Assembly (NCBI RefSeq): GCF_963921235.1
Contig: NC_086097.1
Span: 50,036,001 to 50,100,000 of the forward strand
Direction: 5' to 3'
Length of the DNA stretch: 64,000 bases
DNA from: Mobula hypostoma
Taxonomy: Eukaryota
The stretch's first letter is position 1, and each line of letters begins with the position of its first letter. Under the pieces are notes generated by a model. The model did no database searches. It saw nothing but the letters and a program-made list of their open reading frames with translations, and was not told the origin of the DNA. The translations under genes were made by a program, and so were the position numbers. Below are positions 55,001 to 64,000 of the stretch, one piece after another.

Positions 55001-57876
55001 GGCATTTTAAACTTCCCACCATGACTTTTCATCTTCCCATCAGCAGATTCAATATCCACATCTATTTCAGGTGCCTGGATGTCAGTACTAACGGCTTGAA
55101 GGTCCTTTGACATTTCTGGTAAAGAAACATCAACATCAGGCTTTTCTACGGCCACATCAATGTCAACTTTACCTTCCACCTTCGGGATCGATACATCTAT
55201 TGATGGCTTTTCAATCTTCGGCATTTTTAGGCTGACTTCTGGACCCTCCACATGTATACCTCCGACACCAATTTCACCTTCTAACTTGCCTGGTTGTATA
55301 TCGCCTTCTGCAATTTTAATATCAGCATCAGATTTTGGGAGAGTAATGTCTGTTTTAGGCAAGCTGACATCAAGACTCATTTTCGGAGCTTTAATATCAG
55401 GTGCAGAAATTCCAAATTTGGGCACATTAAATTTTGGGACCTTAATTTTTTCTCTTTTGCCTTCAATATCCACTTGCGATGAATCCACATCAAGTTCACA
55501 CTCAGGAGCGGACACTTCAGGCATTTTGCCCTCAATCTCCACTTCGGGCTTTGTCATTGAAACATCTATGTCTGGCTTTTTCGCGTCCATATCCACCTCT
55601 GGACCTTTGAATTTGGGTAGATATATTCCAAATGAAGGCATTTTCATGGATGGCATTCTAAATTTACCACCATGACTTTTCATCTTCCCATCAGCAGATT
55701 CAATATCCACATCTATTTCAGGTGCCTGGATGTCAGCACGAATGGCTTGAAGGTCCTTTGACATTTCTGGTAAAGAAACATCAATATCAGGCTTTTCTAC
55801 GGCTGCATCTATGTCAACTTTACCTTCCACCTTCAGAAGAGATACATCTATTGATGGCTTTTCAACCTTTGGCATTTTTAGACTGCCTTCTGGACCCTCC
55901 ATATTTATACCTCTGACACCAATTTCACCTTCTGACTTTGCTGGTTGTATATCGGCTTCTGGAATTTTAATATCAATGTTAGGTTTTGGGTGCGAAATAT
56001 CAACTTTTGGCAAACTGCATTCAAGACTCATTTTTGGTGCTTTAATATCATTTGCAGAAATTCCAAGTTTTCGCCCTTTAAATTTGGGGAGCTTTGTAAT
56101 CCCTCTTTTGCCTTCAATATCTAGTTGTGGTGCATCTATATCAAGTTCACACTTTGGAGCAGCTATCTCAAGCATTTTTCCCTCTATCTCCATGTCAGAG
56201 TCTTTCTGTGAATTGACTAATTTTGGCTTTTTCCCATCTGTGTCCCTTTCTGGACCTTTGAATTTGGGAATAGAAACCCCAAAGGTTTGTGATTTCATGA
56301 CTGGCTTTTTGAACTGATCATCATGGCTTTTCATCTTCATGTCATCTGATTCAATGTCTACATCTATTGTTGGAGCCTTCTGATCCATTGATGTTTCTTT
56401 TATTGAAATTTCATATTTGGGCTTCTCTATTCCTCCATCGACATCAAGTTTACCTCTCTGCTTTAGCTCTGCCTCAGCTTTTGGGAAGGAAATGCCTTGT
56501 TCGGTCTGACTGATATTAAAGCTTCTATTTGGAGTTCCAATATCAGGTGCAGATATTGCCATTTTTGGTCCTTCATGAATGTCAGATAGCTTGGCTTCAA
56601 TGTTTGTATCCATTTGTTGAGATGGGGAAATTTGATATTTCTGGCTTTTGTTTTTTGATGTTTTTGATTTACTCCCTTTTTTGAGGTGTTTGCCTGAAAT
56701 TGCTTTTGAGTTCGCTGGATGGTTACTACTTTCTGTCATGAGCTCGCTGTCCCTGATTTCACCTTGATTGTTGCTCACGGATATTGCACTGTCATTTTGC
56801 TTTATCATGATATTCTGTTCCGGTACAATAGTTTGTTGCGCATTTGGTCCACTCTTTTGCTCATTCAACTTGTGTCGTACTTTTTTTTCTTCCATTAATG
56901 TAACAGTATATTCACTGCTTGCATGTGTCATGTCATCTTTGATTAGACTGACATCAATGGCAAGAGTAGAAGATGTGGACTCAGTTTGAGAGTTTTTATC
57001 TTTTGTTTCATTCATTTCCTGTTCTTTAATTTTCTGCTGCTTTTCAACCTTGGCTGTTTTGTTTTGTATTTCAAAAGCTTGCATTGAAATGTCAGTAACT
57101 TCCTTGCTTGTGCTTGTATCATACTCCTTTGGTAATGGTAAAATATCATCAGCCTTTACATCTGTAATGCTTTGTGAAATATCCTGTAGCATTGATTGAG
57201 AACATGTTCTTTCCTCTGGCAATTGATATGCTGTATTCTGTGTTGTTAGAATTGGTTCAGGAAGTACAAATTTAGCTATTTTGAGTTTAGGTATTTTCGC
57301 TTTAGATTCACTGTTAATCTTATCACATTCCATTTGTTCACTCTGATTAGCCAGCAATTGTTTAGTTTGAGTTGTGGTGATCATTATGGTGTTTGATTTT
57401 TGTTGTGTACCATGTACATTTGTTTGCAAATTGGCACATTCCACAACAGTGGAATCCTTCATTCCAATCAAAATTTCGTGCTTTACGTCTTCACAAGCTT
57501 CTTTGTTCTCTGTGTTTATATCTTTTGTACCCATATGTGGTAATTTTATTTTCCTTCTTGTTTTTTTCGCTTTCTGTGGGCTTTGTACTGGTTTTAAATG
57601 GGTTTTGATATCTGTGCCTGTAGCAGTGACATCATCCTGAACATGTTCTCCTGGCTCTGATAAGCTGTGAGATCTGACCAGTTTCTGTGTCTTTGATTTT
57701 TTAAAAGCTGGGAATTTGGGGCAGGAAAAGGTGATATCAGGTACATCCGTCTTCTTTGTCTTCCCCTTCTTGATGGTTTGTTGAATTTGTGGTCCTTCTG
57801 CATTCAATTCTTCGGCAATACCTCTTGCTTTTGATTTACTTCCATACAGTTTTATGAAAAAGTCTTCATCATGCCC
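34032..57876 (-). CDS. AHNAK2: AHNAK2-like protein, giant repeat-encoding exon (23,845 nt; acceptor phase 0, donor phase 1)
   Basis: Lies in the 8000-aa ORF 58011->34009. Repeats rich in KxP/PxF/DVSLPK are typical of the AHNAK/periaxin family. N-terminal 'FSCPKFPAFKKSK..RSHSLSE' resembles the recalled human AHNAK2 'LSWPKFQSIKSK..RSHSSSE'. Acceptor cttccctcag|GGGCAT at 57876; donor CCAG|gtactg at 34032. Confidence 0.9.
34470..56500 (-). repeat. Coding tandem array of ~34 units of 636/651 bp (212/217 aa)
   Basis: The SHGG landmark recurs at 34603, 35239, 35890, 36526, 37162, 37717, 38368 ... 55024, 55675, with a degenerate copy at ~56320. Spacings are 636 or 651 bp, with one of 555 bp. Confidence 0.97.
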
Positions 57877-58420
57877 CTGAGGGAAGATATGGGTAGTTAT
57901 TTTAAAGGTACTGAATATAAAACTTAGCTGATTTATAAGAAGACAATAAGTATTGCCACTTTTTAATAATTTTATATCTTTTAAATTATTCAATAGAATG
58001 TAAATAGCCATTTTTTCCTCAACTGTAACAAAGAAGTATCAATAAGTTTTACAATTTTGTAATGCATGTTTGTGCATTATATGTTATTTTTCCTGACGCC
58101 CTAATTATTGATAACAGAGTGTACAAGCATGTAAGGAAAAGGAAGTAAAATATATGATCAGGAGTAAGTATGAAATATCATTGAGCCTTTTTTCATGTCT
58201 AATATGAGCATAATTGTTCTGATCTATTACCTTTTACTGGCCAATTTCATTTTCCTGCTGAATTGTCCTGGATTCCCCTATGGACTAAAATTTTATCTTA
58301 CCCTTAGCAACTGAGCAATTAATAGATTTACAACCCTCTGCGATAAGTTATTAGTCCTCATCACAATTTTATCTGGTTGACCTTTAATCTTGAAAATGTA
58401 TTTCCTAGTTTCAGATACAG

Positions 58421-58480
58421 GTGGGTTTCCTCTGGGTGATCCGATTTCCTCTCACAGTCCAAAGGCGTAGTAGTTAGTAG
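58421..58480 (+). mobile_element. V-SINE (HE1-like) core fragment
   Basis: gtgggtttcctctgggtgatccgatttcctctcacagtccaaag matches the recalled V-domain consensus. Confidence 0.65.
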
Positions 58481-58757
58481 TGTTGCATAATTAATTTTTA
58501 AGTAATATTGTAAATATGTTGTTGATTAAGCATTGTTTGTTTAAAATAATTCATTATGGGTTATATGTAAAAGTATGCAAATTGCATCTGTCATGATGCT
58601 ACCACATGATACATGCATGCCTTACAAAGTAAGAAAAAATGAAGTTAGACTCACATTATGGACGGTCCATGTTTTCGTGCCAATTAGTTTTATGTTTTGG
58701 ATTTACAAAACATAACAGTGACAATGAGAAAGTTTTAAACAAATCTGGGGTGACTAC

Positions 58758-58929
58758 TGTTATGTTTGTACAACTACATATCAATAAATAAAGGGACATA
58801 CACAGTGGTGAAGTTAACTTGTATATTCACTTTGCAGAAAAAGCCACAAATCAATGCACGTAAGTTATCGGTTGATAATTAGTGCTAAGGGGAGTTATTG
58901 CACTAAAAGAAAGAGATCCGTTCACAACA
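58758..58929. mobile_element. 172-bp solo LTR
   Basis: TGTTA...CAACA ends; perfect TSD ACTAC (58753-58757 and 58930-58934); absent at the equivalent site in the paralog near 18250. Confidence 0.75.
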
Positions 58930-59510
58930 ACTACCTACCTGTTGAAGTGCAGCAAGATATTCAAGTTTTTAAAAAGCGCATTGAGAAAGAGTTGAGTTAA
59001 AAAATACACCGCATGTTTCTTTTTCTTTGGAGAAAAACAGTGAGTGTCAGGTGATAATATTCTTAAAAAAAAAAGCAGAGATAGCTGGCTACTTTGGAAA
59101 GATTTATTCCACAAAAGGTAACTGGAATATGTATACTGAGCAGTTTGAGCAATATTTCAAAGCAAATGGAATAGCTAATGAGAAACAGGTACAAGTTTTG
59201 CTGAGTGCATTGGGTGGAAAAGCATACAGTTTGACTCCTCCAACCAAACCAGACAAAATGAGTTTTACTGATATCTTGAAAGTAATGCAAGAACACTTAG
59301 AACTGAAACCATTATTGATTGCAGAATGCTTTTGGTTTCATAAATGGAATCAAAAAGAAGGGGAGTCCATTTTAACATACATGGCAGAATTGAAGATATT
59401 GTCTAAGCATTGTCAGTTCAATAATGGGCTTAATGATACACTGAGAGACCATTTGGTTTGTGGAATCTTACAAGAAAGAATTCAAACTGACTCCTAACTG
59501 AAGCACAACT

Positions 59511-60869
59511 TGTTACAGTGGGGGGGCATAGGGAGCAAGGGTGGACCCAAATGCAAGACACATCTTGTGAGGTTAAATAAATTGAGTTTATTGTTTGATA
59601 CCAGGAGAGCAAAGCAGGAGCAGGAAATAGCGAACTGGACAAGGACTCAGGACTACGATTAGGCTGGGACCAAGGGTCTGGGCTAGGACTCGGAATCGGA
59701 TCCCAAAACTAGAGACGACATGAAGAGGCTACGGTATGGACTCCGAGCCAGAGACTGGGCAAGGACCCAGTACCTGGGTCATGCCCCAGGCTCGGACCCC
59801 AGAACCAGGCATGGACATGACATGGGCTAGGGAGAGGAGGAACATGGAAAAACAGAGCCTTGGTCTCGGGAGAGCAGGTAAATGGAACCATGGACACATA
59901 CACAGAACACAGAGTCGGAAGCCCTCCTTGGGAACAGGACATAGGGCCGGGACCCACACACAGAACAGAGAGCTGGGACCCCTCCTTGGGTACAGGACGT
60001 AGGGCCGGGACTCATGACCCCCCGCAGGGCAATGGCAAGATGGCCTGACTTACCCCACTGAGGCAAGGACAAGACACGACAAGACATGACCCCCCACAGG
60101 GCAACGGCAAGACGGCCTGACTTACCCCACGGAGGCCAGGACAAGACAAGACAAGACATGACCCCCCGCGGAGCAACGGCAAGACGGCCAGACTTCCCCC
60201 ATGGAGGCGAGGACAAGACAAGACCAACACGAAAGAACGCCAGACAGTACCTATCTAGCTCTGGCGATAGAACTAGACTGAGGTGCAGGCGAGGGCTGCA
60301 GACGAGGGCTACAGGTGAGAGGGGCAGAGAAGGGATTCAGACGGGGGGGGGGGTAGGACAGGAATTACAGACCGCCAGGGTCAGGACTTGACTCAGAACT
60401 TGGATGCCGCCAGGGACGGGATTTGACTCGGAACTTGGATGCTGCCAGGACCAGGACTTGACTCGGTACTTGGAACAGTAGACAGCGGTTCTTGATTCCC
60501 TCCAGCGGGTTAACTGACGGACCCAGCTCGGTGAGGAAACTTTGCAGGCTTGCTTTGGCGAGGTAACTTGACAGGGTTGCTCCGGTGAGGAAAGGCGAAT
60601 TACCGGCACTCACTTCCAGCGGAGACTAGGCTTGCTCTGGCCAGATGACATTGGCACGTCGTACCTTTGGTGACTTTGCAGACGCTCCCGCGCCGAACAG
60701 CTGAAAGTCGGAGACTATAAACTACCAGTTCAGCCGAGAGTAAATTGCCTCTAATCACCAAGGCCGAGTGACACGGGAAAACAGGGAACCAAAGGAAACA
60801 GAGAGTCAAGAGTTCGGATCGTAACATAAACAAAGTAAATTTAAAGAGACCCCGATCTGGACCATGACA
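59511..60869. mobile_element. 1.36-kb solo LTR with internal tandem repeats (3 x 72 bp at 60013-60225)
   Basis: TG...CA ends; perfect TSD CAACT (59506-59510 and 60870-60874). Confidence 0.85.
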
Positions 60870-60939
60870 CAACTTACATTTAAAAGAGCAGTGGAAATAG
60901 TTCTTTGTAGCAAAACAAGAGCAAAAGAAATCATGAGGT

Positions 60940-61530
60940 AGTGTTCTTGGTTCAATGTCCATTCAGAAATCTGATGGCAGAGGGGAAGAAGCTATTCTTG
61001 AAATGTTGAGTGTGTGTCTTCAGGCTACAGTACCCGCTCCTTGATGGCAGCAATGAGAAGAGGGCATGACCTAGTTGATGGCGGTACTTAATGATGCATG
61101 ACACCTTTTGAAAGTGCCTTTGATGCTGGGGAGGCAAGTGCCATTGATGGAGCTGTCAGAGCTTACAACTTGCTGCTGCTTCTTCCAATTCTGTGCAATG
61201 GCTCTTCCATACAAGATGGTAATGCAACCAGTTAGAATGCTGTCCACCATACAATTTGCAAGTCTTCAGTGAAATACCAAGTCTCCTTAAACTCCTAATG
61301 AAATAAAGCCACTGTCATGCCTTCATTGTAATTGCACAAATATGTTGGATCCAGGATAGATCTTAAGTGATATTAATATCCAGGAACTTGAAACTGATCA
61401 CTCTTTTCATTGCTGATCCCTTGAAGATGACTGGTGCGTGTTCCCTTGACTTTCCCTTCCTGAAGTCCACAATCAATTCCTTGGTCCTACTTGACATAAA
61501 GTGCAAGGCTGTTGTTGCAACACCACCTCG
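60940..61530 (-). mobile_element. Rex1-like LINE 3' fragment
   Basis: HALFSLLPS..FKNSFFPSAIRFLN motif. Confidence 0.75.
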
Positions 61531-61584
61531 CTCCTGTACTTCTGGGAGTCCACTTTTTTCCCCTCCACATTTTATACCTCACTG

Positions 61585-62165
61585 ATGTTCCTTAAGGTTG
61601 CTATAGCCGGGGGTGGTAATGGGAACAAGCTCCCACTACCTATTAAATGCTCCCAATGGCATGTGCCTCAAACAACCAAGTCCAGCTCCTGGCCTTCATG
61701 TGTGGCTTAGCTACTAAGGCCAACAGAACCATTTTACTGACAGGAGAAGGGGCAAAGGTGGGTTGCCGGTGCCTTAAAACCAGTCACTTCAGGCAGATAG
61801 GGCTCGTCAGGCGTGGTTGGCAGCTCATCAAGGAGAAGGAAAACTCTGATCTCAAACCTCTGCTGCCTTGTGGCTTTACCTATTGATGGGAATAGCTTTG
61901 GGAGTAAACTCCAAGGGAAAAATCTGGAGCTGGAATCCCTAAGGCAGTCCTACATTGAGTTCAAAGCTGACTGGCAACTCCTGCAACACTGCTGGTACCA
62001 AGCTGTATCAGTCTCTGCCATTCCTTTAGGTTCATCAGATGCGTGGAGAGGGGGAGCTTGTTACATGGGCAACAGCCTGCTCTCCATATCATACTGCCCA
62101 AGCTTGCATATCTAAATGGCTAGGACGCAATATCCGTGGTTAACTCCGACCGATGGAGACCTCAG
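61585..62165 (+). mobile_element. Probable RTE-like LINE 5' UTR or non-autonomous derivative
   Basis: ggagaaggaaaactctga..caaacc motif recalled from RTE-clade 5' regions; no meaningful ORF. Confidence 0.35.
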
Positions 62166-62274
62166 ATAGACAGATGTTATGTCACATCATACAGGAATGA
62201 ATACCACTTCACATGTGGTGTTCTCAACCTTATTTTGAATGAAAGTACCAAATTTATACTGATTCTCACCAACA

Positions 62275-62925
62275 CTGAGGAAGAAAGAAGCATACTTGAG
62301 GTTTAAGAAACAAGGATCAAACAGGGCTCTAGAGAGCATTCGTAAGAAAAGACTTAGGAGAGCTATAAGGGAGGATGAGAAAGCTTTGGTGAGAAGGATT
62401 AAGGAAAGACCCAAGGTATTTTACATGTACATGAAGAACAAAAGGATAACTATAGTGAGGGTAGGACCGATCAGGAGTGAAAGAGGAAATAAGTGCCTGG
62501 AGTCAGAGGAGAAGTGGGAGGTCCTTAATGAATACTTAGCTTCAGCATTCACCAGTGAGAGGGACATTGACAAATGCGAGGACAGTGTAAAGCAGGCTGA
62601 TAAATTGGAATATGTCAATGATAAGAAAGAGGATGTGCTGGAACTTCTGAAAATATGAGGGTAGGTAAGTTCCTCCAGCATTTTACATGTGTTGCTTTGG
62701 ATTCTCAGCATCTGCGGACTTTCTCATGTTTGGGACAGGTAAATCCCTGGGGCGGACAGGATATAACCTAAGTTACTACGGGAGAAGAGATTGCTCTGCC
62801 TTTGATGATAATCTTTGCATCCTCACTGGCCAGAAGAGTAGTACCAGAAGATTGGAAGATGACAAATGTTATTCCTTTGTTCAGGAAAGGTATTAGGAAT
62901 AATCCTGCAAATTATAGACAGTGAG
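62275..62925 (+). mobile_element. CR1 ORF2 fragment with a short Penelope pLTR piece at ~62670-62732
   Basis: RIKERPKVFYMYMKNKR and LNEYLASAFT motifs. Confidence 0.75.
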
Positions 62926-62926
62926 C

Positions 62927-63990
62927 ATTAGAGTCATAGAAAAGTACAGCAAATTGGTCCTTCCGCCCATCTAGTCAGTGCTGAACCATTTAAACTGTCT
63001 ACTCCCATCGATCAACACCGGGACCGTAGCCCTCCATACCCCTACCATCCATGTATCTGTCCAAACTTCTCTCAAATTTTGAAGTTTAGCTTGCATGCAC
63101 CACTTGTGCTGGCAGCTTGTTCCATACTCTGATGACCCTCTGAGTGAAGAAGATTCCCCTCATGTTTCCCTTAAACTTTTCACCTTTCACCCTTAGTCCA
63201 TAACCTCTGGTTGTAGTCCCACCTGATCTCAGTGGAAAAAGCTTGCTTGCATTCACCCTATCTCTATCCCTCATAATTTTGTACACCTCTGTCAAATCTC
63301 CCCTCAATCTTCTACGTTCCAAGGAATGAAGTCCTATTCTATTTAATCTTTCCTTATAACTCAGGTCCTCCAAACCCTGCAACATGCTTGTAAATTCTCT
63401 CTGTACTCTTTCAATGCTATTTACATTTTTCTTGCAGGCAGGTGACCAAAACTACACAATACTTCAAATTAGGCCTCACCAATGTCTTGTGCAATTTCAA
63501 CATAATATCTTATCTCCCGTATTCAATACTTTGATTTACGTGCCAATGTGCCGAAAGCTTTCTTTATGACTCTATCTACCTGTGACACCACTTTCAATTA
63601 ATTATAGACATGTATTCCCACATTCCTTTGGTCCACCACACTCCTCAGTGCCCTACTGTTCAGTGTATAAGACCTACCCTGGTTGGTCCTACCTAGCTGC
63701 AACACCTGTCTCTATCAAATTCCAACTGTCCATTTTTTCAGTTGGTCCAGATCCCACTGCAAACCATTATAGCCTTCCTCCCTGTCCACTACACCCCCAA
63801 ACATTCACAAATTTGCTGATCTAGTTAACCACATTATCATCCAGATCGTTAACATAGATGATAAACAACAATGGACCTAGCACCGATCTCTGTGGCACTC
63901 CACTAGTCACAGGCCTCCAGTCAGAGAGATAACCATCTACCACCTCTCTCTCTGGTTTCTCCCACAAAGCCATTCTCAAATCCAAATGCG
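62927..63990 (-). mobile_element. CR1 3' fragment
   Basis: LSYKERLNRIGLHSLERRRLRGDL and FFTQRVIRVWNKLP motifs. Confidence 0.85.
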
Positions 63991-64000
63991 ACGGAACCTT

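Larger units (their letters stand above)
58481..60910 (+). mobile_element. Truncated Gypsy-like element (5' LTR 58481-58717 and gag), same family as 15394-18539
   Basis: LTR similar to 18292-18539; gag YTEQFEQYF..YMAELK; TEAQL|TFKRAVEI is split by a solo LTR. Confidence 0.8.

Noticed and set aside
34181..57640. Dozens of plus-strand ORFs (MSTLPSTFG..., MIFPSADS...)
   Set aside because: Antisense shadows of the AHNAK2 repeat, broken once per unit at the same TGA; no independent evidence of a gene.
57877..58011. ORF-track start Met at 58011
   Set aside because: AT-rich intron-like sequence ending in a good acceptor; the family's N-terminal PDZ exons should lie upstream, outside the window.
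59709..60613. Cluster of short ORFs on both strands
   Set aside because: Products of GC-rich tandem repeats inside the solo LTR.

Overview
Eukaryotic (vertebrate) genomic DNA, probably a cartilaginous fish (ray/shark), judging from the V-SINE/HE1-like, CR1, Rex1-like and Penelope repeat families. The only host gene is an AHNAK2-like gene on the minus strand. It has a giant, TE-free coding exon of about 23.8 kb (57876->34032) built from ~34 tandem 212/217-aa repeats, then a ~12-kb phase-1 intron, then a terminal exon (22011->21041) carrying the AHNAK2 C-terminal motifs and an AT-rich 3' UTR. The 5' (PDZ-encoding) exons are not in the window. Most of the rest is nested, decayed retroelements (CR1, Rex1-like, Gypsy-like LTR elements and solo LTRs, Penelope-like elements with hammerhead-ribozyme motifs) plus a tiny hAT MITE. 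No prokaryotic-type systems (CRISPR etc.) are present. The most notable points are the unusual AHNAK2 repeat period, its higher-order duplication history, the split C-terminus with a predicted short exon-skipping isoform, and the Penelope hammerheads. All homology calls are from recalled motifs, not database searches.
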